A stretch of DNA of 64,000 bases from the human T2T-CHM13v2.0 reference genome, Homo sapiens, in the NCBI RefSeq assembly GCF_009914755.1, contig NC_060930.1; one strand, given 5' to 3'. The notes under the pieces are model-generated. The model saw only the letters and a list, made by a program, of their open reading frames with translations. It was not told where the DNA came from and did not search any database. Below, piece by piece: positions 33,846 to 53,637 of the stretch (positions are counted from its first letter, which is position 1; each line of letters starts with the position of its first letter). A program made the position numbers and the translations under genes.

Positions 33846-34085
33846 CAGTTCAAATTCTTTAGCATGAAAGATTCTTGGTAAAGTACTACCCTTTGCATTT
33901 GGATAATAAAGCTGGTTTGGTTTTATATCTTTTATGGAAGTAAGTCTATCACATTGCCTTGATGGTTTCATCTCTGAGGTTCAGATCAAGTCTTATCAGC
34001 TATACAGAATACCAGCACTCCTGATAGCTCTCGTAGTATATAGCTTCAAGTGGTATGTACACAGTTGTTATAAAAATATTTTTGA

Positions 34086-34413
<328 letters not shown>

Positions 34414-34504
34414 CTATGTAATTTTTCTTTCAGAATTTAACAAGGAAAATATTATTTCCTCTGGGGTCCTAGTATGTTTCTTCTTGCCTGCTAAAGAAAC
34501 ATCA

Positions 34505-34823
<319 letters not shown>

Positions 34824-34894
34824 TCAGGCAGTTCATTGTTTCCCTTTTCTCTTTGCCTGCCAATTTAGTCATCCTCTTAATAATCTGGAGTTGC

Positions 34895-35225
34895 TGCCAG
34901 GTGTGGTGGCTCATGCCTGTAATCCCAACACTTTGGGAAGCCAAGGCAGGAGGATAGCTTGAGAACAGGAGACCAGCCTGGGCTATAGCAAGACCCCATC
35001 TCTACAATAATAATAATAATAGTTATTATTATTATTATTTGGAGTTGGCATATATACTTTCCTTGACTTTTTGTGTTAATTTTTTGTTTCTATTTTTTTT
35101 TCTTTTTACAAGACAGGGTCTCACTATGTTGCCAAGGTATGCCCTCAAAGACTTGGGCTCAAGAGATACTTCACCCTTATTTTCCCAAATAGCTGGGACT
35201 ACAGGCACATACCACTGCACCCACC
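34895..35225. mobile_element. Two Alu monomer fragments (plus ~34895-35020, minus ~35090-35225)
   Basis: Monomer motifs around an (AAT)n/(ATT)n tract. Confidence 0.7.
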
Positions 35226-35518
35226 TTCTATTTTTGTTTTATTAATTAATTTTAATTTTAATTGTCTGTATTTTTGGTAGAAAAGGATAGTGTAAATATA
35301 AATTAGAAACTATACCATAAGTCTTGTTAGTTATAATGATAATACGATATTATTTTGTCTTACTTCTAAGAAATTGCTCTAGGCCATTGTATCACTCAAT
35401 GGATCTTCCTTATTAACTAGAATGGAAATTGTTCCACACAACCATTATTAAACTACACATGGTCAAATGCAGTTGGATTTCACTCTGGAATCACTTTGCA
35501 TCTCCCTTTTTTCATTGA

Positions 35519-35874
<356 letters not shown>

Positions 35875-36784
35875 CGAGACTATCCTTGTTTATTTTCATA
35901 GGGCAAAATTCTAAACCATCGGAAGATTCTGAAGGGATACAAGGATAGCATTCAGAATTCTCAATCTATGGGAGAAGATGAGATTCAGGCCCTGGTGGTA
36001 AGAGAGGTCTCTAGTAAATGTTCTGTATGAATGTGTGTATGTGTGTAGGGCAGGGGTGTGTGTGTAGGTAGTAGCGGGGCATAGGTTAAGGAGAGGAAGG
36101 GGTATGTGTGTGGGGGAAGTATTGAGGAATGGGGAGGGGGAGAGTGATCAAAGAGATTTCTGTTCTGAACTCATCCTCAGAAGATCTCACACATGTTCTG
36201 GTGTTCCCTAGCCTCTCAAAAAGGTCACTTTTCTCTTTCTGCATTTACTGTAGACAACATTTCAGAACCACAGGCAAGACATTGTATCAGTGTTTGAATA
36301 GGGCCATCGGTTTTTGAGAGAAAGGGAACAGTACCTGTTGGAGCAGCTGGTAGGGCTAGAGCAAGAACTCACCAAAAGGAGGAACAGCCGTGTCATCAAG
36401 GGTTCTGAGGAGGTGGTCCAGCTTGGGACCCTGATCACTGAGTTGGAGAAGTCTCGGCAGCCAGCACTTGAACTTTTGAAGGTAAAGGACCAACCAAACT
36501 GTATCTGAGTCCTCTTGCTCTATGACTACGGTGTGGCCTATTTGCAAGAGATTTGGACCAAGAGTCAAGAGAGACAAGGTGTTATTCTCATTTACTGAAT
36601 TCTTTAATAACTGAATTAGCCAACCAATAGGTTTTAAGCCCCAAAGTGCAGTGGGCAGGGGTCTATAATATGCACAGACCATATAATGGAATATTAAGAT
36701 CTGTACATTTATAATTACAACAAATAATCTGATGTTAAATCTTCCAGTCAGATTGGATGCCACAAGAATTCTGGAAACAGCTAG

Positions 36785-37027
<243 letters not shown>

Positions 37028-37445
37028 AGTAAGATTTAGATTGTCAGAAAGGAGCTAAACATTCCACTTGGTAGGGGGTGGGGACACACTAGTTACAATT
37101 AGATAAATGAATGTAATAATAAACTTGGTATATGTGTTGGCAGGTGGGCATAGGTGCTGGGGAAGATAGGAGTAGGAAGACTGATAAGAAGGGGACATAG
37201 AATGAAGGTAGCTACCTTTCTGGAAGAGTCAGATTAAGTGAGGGAGAAGTGAAAAGTATGATGGGGCCAACTGAGTTGAGGCCTTCCAAAGCAGGCTGAA
37301 ATTTGAGCCTTAACTGAATAGACAATGGGATTCTTAACAGATTTTTATCTGTCTATAAATCAAGAAAGGTTTCTGAAGAGGATAGTCTAGAACTCGAATG
37401 AAAGACATGAAGGGGAAGCATTTGTCCTTATAAATTGAAACTGCA

Positions 37446-38216
<771 letters not shown>

Positions 38217-39389
38217 CTATTTTTATGACAATGTCTGTGTTCTGTTTTTTTCCGGGACCCAAGTGACATAATATGCAGGTAAGTGCTGCTTGCTTTTTTT
38301 CTTTTAAATTTTAACCACTTATGTCTCCTTATTGTTTTCTCTTTCTATCATCTTACTGAAATTTGACAAGTGCTGGAAAGGGATTGTTTAGAAGGGAGAG
38401 AGGTTATTCTGGTTAGTGTATGTTGAAAGGTATTCTATGGAATAGAGGAGGGAGTTCTAGAAAAAAATATTGTCATGGAACTTACGATGGTAATGGGCTG
38501 AGAAAAATAAAATGAGAGGAGATTATAGAAAAGTATTGGAGAAAATTTAGAATCCATGTTCATTTCTAAAACTAGTTTCCTTTCATTCTTCCCCTTCCTA
38601 CATGGTTCCCAGCCTCCACTCCTGGCCACAGTTTCTCCCATATTCTGTAGAGCACATTTCATTATCAGATTGTCCTCTGCCTGATAGTGAGGTTTCCTGC
38701 ATTCTGGTTGTCCATAGAAAGCAAACACTTCTATGGCTCACAGGGATAATGATTTCTTCCTCATGTCTTTCATTTGAGTTCTAGACTGTCCTCCGCAGGA
38801 CATTCCTCAGCAGTGGGTCTGAGGAATATGTTAAACATTTAACATTGACAGTTTTCAAAATCATACCCACATGATACAGAGAAGCTTTGAACAGAGAATA
38901 AAGTCAGGCATTTTGATAATACACAACTTATCTGCAGAGACACCCAGGACTACTGGCATATACTGAGCATTTCCTGTGGGCAAAACACTGGGTAGAAAGG
39001 CGTGTGATGAGATAGGTTACCAGATTATGGCTGGGGATACCAGATAGACACATATGAGAGATGAATAATGATATAAAAAATGAGGTTGACACAGAATGGG
39101 TAATACTTCTTGCCTTGAAGTGTTTTGTCCGCTTTAGCAAAATTATTCCAGCTTTATATTGATTAGTGTTCACATGGCATTTCTTTTTCTGTCCTTTAAT
39201 TCTCAAACTTTCTGTGTTTTTTAAAAATGTCTCTTATAAGCAACATAAATTTTGTTCTGTTTTTAAATAAATCCATTCTGACAATATGCAATGGAATATT
39301 TAGTATTTATCCATGGAAAATTACTATTTCATTCACATTTTCAAAATAATTTGCATAGTTGATCAAGATAATGTGCTTAGATTTACTAA

Positions 39390-39900
<511 letters not shown>

Positions 39901-40343
39901 TGTAGTTCTATTTTATCTCTTCTATTTGCCTGTCCCTTTTTTCCCTCCTACTTTTATGGATTGTTGAGCCCTGCTTTTACAAAGTACCATAATTTCTAGC
40001 ATATGGTATTTTTATTACTGTTTTCTAGATATTTTGAAATTTTGAATTTGATTTTCTATTTAACATAAGATTTGTTTAAGAAAGAAGCTATTTGTCAGTG
40101 ATATGCTGAGTTTTTTTCTAATAGGTCTTTTTGTTTCATAGTTTTCAAGTCTTGTGATAAGAAAAGTTTGCTATGTCTACTTTTTGGACTTTTTTTGAGG
40201 CTTTCTAGGTTATATGTTGTAAATTTTTGGACAGTTTCAGACACTTGAAAAGAAGGTGCACTTTTTCTTGGAATAGAATAGGATTTTGTATATCTCTGTA
40301 AGGTTGGCCTTAGTAATTCTGTTATCTAGGTATTTTGTACTAA

Positions 40344-40718
<375 letters not shown>

Positions 40719-40849
40719 TATTTTTTCTTATATTGATATAGTTTTTGCTTTTTACATTTTGATGTTCTTTTTCTACATGACTTTTAAGGAAAGTTGTATC
40801 TTAATTGTGAATTATAATCTTGTTTTAAAAAACAGAGACAGAGTTTTAA

Positions 40850-41128
40850 AAAACCGAGACTCGCTCAGTCACCCAGACTAGATGCAATGGTGCAATCATA
40901 GTTCACTATAACCTTGAACTCTTGGGCTCAAGCTACCTCTCCGCCTCAGCCTCCCAAGTAGCTGGGACTACAGGTGCATGTCATCACACCTGGCTAATAT
41001 TAAAATAATTGTTTTAGAGGGGTTCTCACTGTTACTCAGTCTGATCTTGAACTCCTGGCCTCAAGTGATTCTCCTGCCTTGGACTCCCAAAGTACTGGGA
41101 TTATAGGCATAAGCCATAGCACTTCGCC
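40850..41128 (-). mobile_element. AluJ
   Basis: Diverged antisense dimer. Confidence 0.85.
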
Positions 41129-41314
41129 TATAATCTTTAAGTAACAAAAAATGTTGTTGTCTTATTTAATATTTTTCTCTCCCAAATTCAATTCTGTCCG
41201 ATAGTAAGATCAAGATATCAGAATTCTTTCATTTTGGATTTAGTTAATACACCTTTGCCTACCATTATCTTAATTTTAAATTTTAAAAAAATGTAAAGCT
41301 TTATCTTAATTTTC

Positions 41315-42040
41315 TTTTTTTAATTTAATTTTTAAAATATATTTTAAGGTATACAACATGATGCTGTGAGTAAAATGGTTATTACAGTGAAGCAAATTAA
41401 CACCTCCATCACCTCACATAGTTACCTGCTTCCCTTCCCACTCCCAACCCCTCATTGCAAGAGCAGTTATAATTTACTCATTTAGCAAAAATCCTGAATA
41501 CAATACACCATTTTTATTATTTTTTTAATTTATTTTTTTGAGACAAGGTCTCACTCTGTCACCCAGGCCGGAGTGTAGTGGCGCGATCTTGGCTCACTGC
41601 AACCTCCACCTCCCAGGCTCAAGAGATCCTCTCACCTGAGCCTTGCGAGTAGCTGGGACTACAGGCACGGGCACCACATTTGGCTAATTTTTGTAGAGAC
41701 AGGGTTTCACCATGCTGCTCAGGCTGGTCTCGAACTCCTTGGCCTTAAGTGATCTGCCCACCTCGGCCTCCCAAAGTGCTGGGATAACAGGCGTGAGCCG
41801 TCATGCCTGGCCTACAATGCCCTGATATTAGCTATAGTTGGCAGGTTGGGCATTAGATCTCCAGACCTGTTCATCCTACATATTTCCTACTTTGTATCCC
41901 TTGAGGTACATCTCCCCATTTCTTCCACCCACCCTACCTCTGGTAATCACTATTTTATTCTCTATTTCTGTATATTTGACTTTTTAAAAAATTCTACATA
42001 TATGTAAAATAATGCAATAGTTTTCATTTTGTATCTGGCA
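41315..42040 (-). mobile_element. L1MA 3' end carrying a nested Alu (~41511-41812)
   Basis: TTTATCTTAATTTTC on both flanks; GTGAAGCAAATTAACA...ATCACCTCACATAGTTACC. Confidence 0.8.
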
Positions 42041-42490
42041 GGTTTTATCTTAATTTTCATTTAATCTGATATATATCCCCAAATAATTCCTTTAGAGGTT
42101 GTAACAGCGAGGAAGGAGCCAAGATGGCCGAATAGGAACAGCTCCGGTCTACAGCTCCCAGCGTGAGCAATGCAGAAGATGGGTGATTTCTGCATTTCCG
42201 TCTGAGCTTTGAAGAGAGCAGTGGTTCTCCCAGCACGCAGCTGGAGATCTGAGAACGGGCAGACTGCCTCCTCAAGTGGGTCCCTGACCCCTGACCCCCG
42301 AGCAGCCTAACTGGGAGGCACTACCCAGCAGGGGCAGACTGAAACCTCACACGGCCGGGTACTCCAACAGACCTGCAGCTGAGGGTCCTGTCTGTTAGAA
42401 GGAAAACTAACAAACAGAAAGGACATCCACACAAAAAACCCATCTGTACATCACCATCATCAAAGACCAAAAGTAGATAAAACCACAAAG

Positions 42491-43507
42491 ATGGGGAAAA
42501 AACAGAGCAGAAAAACTGGAAAATCTAAAAAGCAGAGCGCCTCTCCTCCTCCAAAGGAATGCAGTTCCTCACCAGCAACGGAACAAACCTGGACAGAGAA
42601 TGACTTTGACGAGCTGAGAGAAGAAGGCTTCAGATGATCAAATTATTCCGAGCTACGGGAGGACATTCAAACGAAAGGCAAAGAAGTTGAAAACTTCGAA
42701 AAAAATTTAGAAGAATGCATAACTAGAATAACCAATACAGAGAAGTGCTTGAAGGAGCTGATGGAGCTGAAAACCAAGGCTCGAGAACTACGTGAAGAAT
42801 GCAGAAGCCTCAGGAGCCGATGCGATCAACTGGAAGAAAGGGTATCAGCGATGGAAGATGAAATGAATGAAATGAAGCGAGAAGGGAAGTTTAGAGAAAA
42901 AAGAATAAAAAGAAACGAGCAAAGCCTCCAAGAAATATGGGACTATGTGAAAAGACCAAATCTACGTCTGATTGGTGTACCTGAAAGTGACGGGGAGAAT
43001 GGAAACAAGCTGGAAAACACTCTGCAGGATATTATCCAGGAGAACTTCCCCAGTCTAGCAAGGCAGGCCAACATTCAGATTGAGGAAATACAGAGAACGC
43101 CACAAAGATACTCCTCGAGAAGAGCAACTCCAAGACACATAATTGTCAGATTCACCAAAGTTGAAATGAAGGAAAAAATGTTAAGGGCAGCCAGAGAGAA
43201 AGGTCGGGTTACCCTCAAAGGGAAGCCGATCAGACTAACAGCGGATCTCTCGGCAGAAACTCTACAAGCCAGAAGAGGGTGGGGGCCAATATTCAACATT
43301 CTTAAAGAAAAGAATTTTCAACCCAGAATTTCATATCCAGCCAAACTAAGCTTCATAAGTGAAGGAGAAATAAAATCCTTTAGAGACAAGCAAACGCTGA
43401 GAGATTTTGTCACCACCAGGCCTGCCCTAAAAGAGCTCCTGAAGGAAGCACTAAATATGGAAAGGAACAACCAGTACCAGCCGCTGCAAAATCATGCCAA
43501 AATGTAA
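42491..43507 (+). pseudogene. L1 ORF1p (338-codon frame) with premature TGA at codon 49
   Basis: ATG GGG AAA AAA CAG at 42491; in-frame TGA 42635-42637; downstream part is track ORF 42749-43507 (YPAKLS, REKG motifs). Confidence 0.93.
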
Positions 43508-43555
43508 AGACCATCGAGACTAGGAAGAAACTGCATCAACTAACGAGCAAAATAA

Positions 43556-47387
<3,832 letters not shown>

Positions 47388-47655
47388 ACAATGAGAACAC
47401 CTGGACACAGGAAGGGGAATATCACACACCGGGGCCTGTTGTGGGGTGGGGGGAGGGCGGAGGGATAGCACTAGGAGATATACCTCATGTAAATGACGAG
47501 TTAATGTTTGCAGCACACCAACATGGCACATGTATACATATGTAACAAACCTGCACATTGTGCACATGTACCCTAGAACTTAAAGTATAATAAAAATATA
47601 TAGACATTAAAAAAAATAACTTAAAAAAAAGAAATCTGTAACAATAAGATGATCC

Positions 47656-48015
47656 TGTGGGACTGAATGCTTTTGTCATCCTTAAACTCATAATTGAAAC
47701 CTAATCTCTAATGTGATGGTGTTTGGAGGTGGAGCCATTAGGAAGTGATCATGCAATGAAGGCAAAACCCTCATTAATGAAATGAATGCCCTTATAAAAG
47801 GGACCCCAGAGAGCTCCTTGCCCCTTCCACCATGTGAGGACACCAAGGAAAAGCAACATCCATGAATCAGGAAGCAGCCCTTACCATACATGGACTCTTC
47901 CCAGGCCTTGATCTTTGACTTTCCAGCCTCCAGAATTGTGAGAAATAGATTTCTGTTGTTTGCAAGCCACATAGTCTATGGTATTCTTTTATAACTGCCC
48001 AGATTGACTAAGACA
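47656..48015 (+). mobile_element. MLT1A-like LTR
   Basis: TGTGGGACTGAATG...GACTAAGACA. Confidence 0.8.
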
Positions 48016-48019
48016 GATG

Positions 48020-51000
48020 ATGATGAAAATACTACCAAGTATTGGAAATTAACATCAAAATTCTAAATGACAATTTATTCAAAGAGGAAATCTAGAGAAA
48101 TTAGAAAGTCTTCTGTATTCTGAAGGATAATGAAACATACATATCAAATGTATGGGATGCAGCTGAAGTAGTACTAGAGAAAAAACCAATACCCTTAAAT
48201 GCCTATATTAAGAAAGAAGGTAGGTCTCAAATTAGTAAATTAGCTTCTGCTATAAGAAACAAAGAAAAACAAATTAAACCAAAGCATGGAGAAGGAAGAA
48301 AATAATAATTAAATGGAAAAAATGAAGCAGAAAGACAGAGAAAATTAATGAACCCAAATATTGGTTCTATGGGGAAAAATCAGTACACTTTATAAATTTC
48401 TAGCTAGACTGATCAAGACAAAAAGATGCACATTAACAATGTCAAGAAAAAACGAACATCAGTGCACACTCTCTAGATCTCAAAAAGAAATATTGATAAT
48501 CTCATGTCAATAAGTTTGACAAGCAAATGAAATGAACAATTTCCTTGAGAGAGAAAACTTATGAAAACTGACCTGAGAAGAGATAGAAAATGTGGCCAGT
48601 CATATATTGATTGTAGAAATTGAATGTGTAATCAAAATCCTTCTCATATAGGAAACTCCAGGTCCAGAAGGCTTCATTGATGAAATGTATCTAACAAATA
48701 ATTTGGAAATAACATCAATTTTACACATACCTTTTAGAAATTAAAGGAGGCAACAACTTTCAATTTAATCTATGCAGCCAGCTTTCACAGTCAGGCGTGA
48801 GTATCTGGCTTTTCCAGGTGCACAGTGCAAGCTGTTGGTCAATCTACCATTCTGAGATTTGGAGCACCGTGGCCCTCTTCTCACAGCTCCACTGGGCAGT
48901 GCCCTAATAGGAACTCTGTGTGGGGGCTCCAGCCCCCTATTTCCCCTCCACACTGCCCTAGCAGAGGTTCTCCGTGAGGGCCCTGCCCCTGCAGCAAACT
49001 TTTGCCTGGGCATCTTAGCATTTCCATACATCTTCTGAAATCTAGATGGAGGTTCCCAAACCTCCATTCTTGACTTCTGTGCACCTGCAGGCTCAAAACC
49101 ATGTGGAAGCTGTCAAGGCTTAAAGCTTGCACCCTCTGGAGCCATGGGCCAAGCTGTACCAAGCTTGGCCCCTTTTAGCAGCCGTGGGAGCAGTTGGGAC
49201 CCAGGGCACCAAGTCCCTAAGCTGCACACAGCATGGGAACCCTGGGCCTGGACCAGGAGACCATTTTTTCCTCCTGTGCTTCTGGGTCTGTGATGGGAGG
49301 GGCTGCCATGAAGACCTATGGCATGCCCTGGAGACATTTTCCCCATTGTCTTGGGGGATCAACATTTGGCTCTTTGTTACTTACGCAAATTTCTGCAGCC
49401 AGCTTGAGTTTCTCCTCAAAAAAATTGGTTTTTCTTTCTATTGCATCGTCAGGCTGTAAATTTTCTGAACTTTTATCCTCTGTTTCCCTTTTAAAATGGA
49501 ATGCTTTTAACAGCACCCAAGTCACATTTTAAATGCTTTGCTGCTTAGAAATTTTATCTGCCAGATACCCTAAATCATCTCTCTCAAGTTCAGAGTGCCA
49601 CAGATCTCTAGGGCAGGGGCAAAATGCCACCAGTCTCTTTGCTAAAACGTAACAAGAGTCACCTTTGCTCCAGTTCCCAACAAGTTCCTCATCTCCATCT
49701 GAGACCACCTCAGCCTGGACCTTATTGTTCATATCACCATCAGCATTTTTGTCAAAGGCATTCAACAAGTCTTTAGGAGGTTCCAAACTTTCCCACATTT
49801 TTCTGTCTTGTTCTGAGCCCTCCAAACTGTTCCAACCTCTGCCTAATACCCAGTTCCAAAGTCAATTCCACATTTTCGGGTGTCTTTTCAGTAGCACCCA
49901 CTCTACTGGTACTAATTTACTGTATTAGTGCGTTTTCATGCTGCTCATAAAGAAATACCCAAGACTGAGATGAAAAAGAGGTTTAACTGGACTTAGAATT
50001 CCACATGGTTGGGGAGGCCTCAGAATCATGGCGGGAGGTGAAAGGCACTTCTTACATGGCGGTAACAAGAGAAAATGAGGAAGATGCAAAAGCAGAAACC
50101 CCTGATAAAACCATCAGATCTCATGAGACTTATTCACTACCACGAGAACAGTATGGGGGAAACCAACCCCATGATTCAAATTATCTCCCACTGGGTCCCC
50201 TGGGTCCCTCCCACAACACATGGGAATTATGGGAGTACAATTCAAGATAATATTTGGGTGGGGACATAGAGCCAAACCATATCACCAGCATTACCCAAAT
50301 AAAAATCCCAGACAAGAACATCACAAGAAAAAGAATCAAGAACAAATATTCCTCTTGAACACAGACTCACAATTCAATACAAAACGTTATCCAATTAAGA
50401 TATACATAAAATGAATAATATGCCATGCCATATTGGTTTTTTTAAAGGGAAAGTAAGGTTGGTTTAACATCTGAAAATTAAACAATACAATTCACCCAAT
50501 TAATAGAACAAAGAACAAATGTTGCACAATTATTATAGTCAATGCAGAAAAAGCACTTGCAAAATCAAGACCATTTCATGACAAAATAGCTCAGCAAACA
50601 AAATCGAAAGGAATATCTTCAATGTGGTTAAGGACACCCACGAAAAGTTTACAGCTACCCTCATATTCAATTATGAAAGGCCAGATGCTTACTTCCTAAG
50701 ATTAGCAACAAAGCAAAGATGTGGCTCTCCTCATTTTTGTTTAAAACACCTTACGAGCATCCTAACTAGTGCAATATGGCAAGAAAATGAAATAAAAGAC
50801 CAATAAAAGGGCCAAGTGTGGTGCCTCATGCCTGTAATCTCAGCACTTTGGGAGGCCAAGGTGGGAGGATCACTTTAGTTCAAGAGTTTGAGACTAGCTT
50901 GAGCAACATAGTTAGACCCCTGTCTTTACTAAATATAAATAATTTTTAAAAGAAAAAAAACAATAGATAGGAAAGGAAGAAATAAAATCTTTCTTTCTCA

Positions 51001-52500
51001 GCTTAATTACATATGTAGAAAACAATAAGGAATTCTGAAAAAGTCTCTGGAAGTAATAATTAAATTTGCAAAATTGTTCACAAAAGATATGTAATAAGTC
51101 TCTTAGACAAACATGACAAGATAGCAACAATACTAGTCATCAAAGAAGTGCAAGTTAAAACCACAATGAGAAACCATCACACATCACCTAGAATAAGTAA
51201 AGTTCAAAAGACATATGATAATTCTAAATACTGGTATGAATATGGAAAAAATAAAAATCTCTTATATTGTTGGTAGGAACGCAAAAAAAAGTTGCAGTCA
51301 GTTTGTAAAATAATATGGCAATTTCTTAAACAGCTACCCATCCATTTACCATATCACCCAACAATTCCACAAATATTTATTTATCCAAAGGAAATGAAAA
51401 TTTAAGGCCATGCAAAGACTTGTAGTCAGTTATTTATAGTGGTTTCATTAATTACAGACCCTAACCGGAAATAACCCACGTTTATCAGCTGGAGAATAGA
51501 GAAACCAACGAATAAACTGGAATTCCAACAATACTCAGCAGCTACTCAGTGACAAAAATGAATGAAATATTATTACTCTTAACTACATGGAAAAATCTCA
51601 AATATTGTTATGACAAGTGAGAGACCAAAGGACTACATAACATATGATTGCATGTCCATGAAATTCTAGAAATTTCATTATTACAGTAACAGAAAGCACA
51701 GCAGTGGTTGAGTGAAGAGAAGGGGGTGAGGGTGGGAGGCAAGGATTAAATAGAAAAGGGGCATAAGGAAAGTTTTTAGGGAAAAGAAACTGTCCTCTAT
51801 CTGGGCAATGTGGTAGTTACATGACTATAAATAATTACCAATATTCATAAAACATTGTAGCTAAAACTGGTGAGTTTTATTATACACAAACGCCCCAATT
51901 AGGAAAAAAAAAGGTGGGGGAAGAAGGCAAAAATGAAGACACTTTTACATAATCCAAATCAGAAAATTCATTTCCTAGGGATCTTGTACTACGTATAATT
52001 TTGAAGGAAGTTCTTCAGGCTGAAGGGAAATGATACTAGATGGTGACCTAGATATATAGAAAGGGATAATTAACAACAGAAATTATGCACATACACAGAT
52101 CACATACACACTCATTTTCTTAATGACAATATGAATGCTTAAAACAAAAAGTATTACTGTATTATTGAGTTTATAAAGTATATTGATGTAATATATACAA
52201 CAAGAATAGCACAATGGTAGGTTACATGAAACTACACTCTTACAAGTGTCCTTTATTTTGCTGGATGCAGCTTAATATTACCTGAACTTCACCATGAAAA
52301 GTCAAGGAATCGGGTTTCAATTCTTACAACAATAAAAAATTAGTGTAAAGAAATATACCTAAAAGCCACTAGAATTAAAACCATAAACTAAAAAATGTTT
52401 ACTTAACACATAAGAAAGTAGGAAAGGAGGAATAGAAACAAAAAGATACGAGACAAATTGAAAACATACAGCAAAATGGTAGACCAAAACCCAACCATTG
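48020..52500 (+). mobile_element. Old L1M fragments hosting the THE1 element and an Alu monomer (~50809-50960)
   Basis: CCAGGTCCAGAAGGCTTCA, AATGCAGAAAAAGCACTTG, AAAACCACAATGAGA L1 ORF2 motifs. Confidence 0.65.
48783..50284 (-). mobile_element. THE1 (THE1C-like) LTR 49921-50284 plus truncated internal region
   Basis: TGTATTAGT...GCCAAACCATATCA LTR; internal MaLR peptides (MWESLEPPKDLLNAFDKNAD). Confidence 0.9.
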
Positions 52501-53637
52501 TAAGTGAAGAAATGACACGACCTGAGTCACATTAGCAGAACTGCTGAGCACTGTGGGGAGAACAGACATGGGCAGGAAGTGAGGGACAGTGTTAGTGCCA
52601 CAATTCAGGGGTGAGAGGGTGGCAGGGACTAAGGGGAGGGGAGGGTGTGAGGGATGAGAGGGGCAGAGAGAAGGGCTGGAGAGACAGGAAGTGAGGAAAA
52701 GGAGCAAGGGAAAGGACTCTAAAGCAGTGGAGGAGCCTAGCAGGGGGTTCTTGACATGCATTCGGTATTTAATACATTTTGTGGGACTGCCAAAAACTAA
52801 TGGCCTCCTCATGATTAAAAACATAAGAGTAAAAAAATACCAAGTATGCAAATAAAATGTGCACACTGCTTAGATGTGCATAATTCATAAAAACAAGCAG
52901 TGCTTAAGCATTGATGATAGGCATTTTGACTTCAGTGCAATTTTGAGGCTCCTTGTTACAATATACAGTAACAAATCCTGCTTCTTTGTATTGAGATGTC
53001 CTGGACTCACACAGGGAAACTCGGGCTATGGAATGAAGATAATTTTAAATGCAACAACCCAGAGTCATGGATCCACAGTCTGGGAAAGTAAACTTAGAAG
53101 CTTTGTGACTCGAATTGCAATGCTGTTTGGATACACTTATATATGAAGCAGGCAAAATCAGGTCTTTTACAGATTAGAATCCTGATCATTCAGGGGTTAG
53201 ATTGTGCTAACCACTGTATTAATAAACAAACAAACAAAAAAACCTGGTCACTATGAGAATCTCTATCTTGTGCCTTCAGCCACAACTTCACCAGGTTTAA
53301 AGAGAAAACCCCTTTCTCTACACCGCCATTCCCAAGGCGAGCTCACTCTCTGGCATCAAAGTTCCCTGGGGTGAGTTTTCTTCTAGGATAGTCCAAGGGG
53401 AGAGGTAAGGAGTCGGAAGTCCAGTTCAGGGACGAGGATTCCAGGATGAGCGTGAATGGGAAGGGGCTGGGCCCAGCCTGGGGGTTCTCTCCCTAGTTTC
53501 CACAGACAGATCCTTGACCAGGACTCAGGCAGTCAGTGTGACAAAGAGGCTGGCGTAGGAAAAGAGAGGTCAGGACAAAGTCCCAGGCCCCAGGCGTGGC
53601 TCTCTGGGTCTCAGGCCCCAAGAGCGATGACTGCACT

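Noticed and set aside
38780-38960. Candidate fifth TRIM26BP exon after CTCCGCAG
   Set aside because: An acceptor-like site exists, but I could not align any translation to the TRIM26 linker (YPRKKFW...).
52600-52720. Purine/G-rich tract with G-quadruplex potential upstream of HLA-L
   Set aside because: Looks like the ordinary upstream homology block of class I duplicons; nothing specific to support a role.
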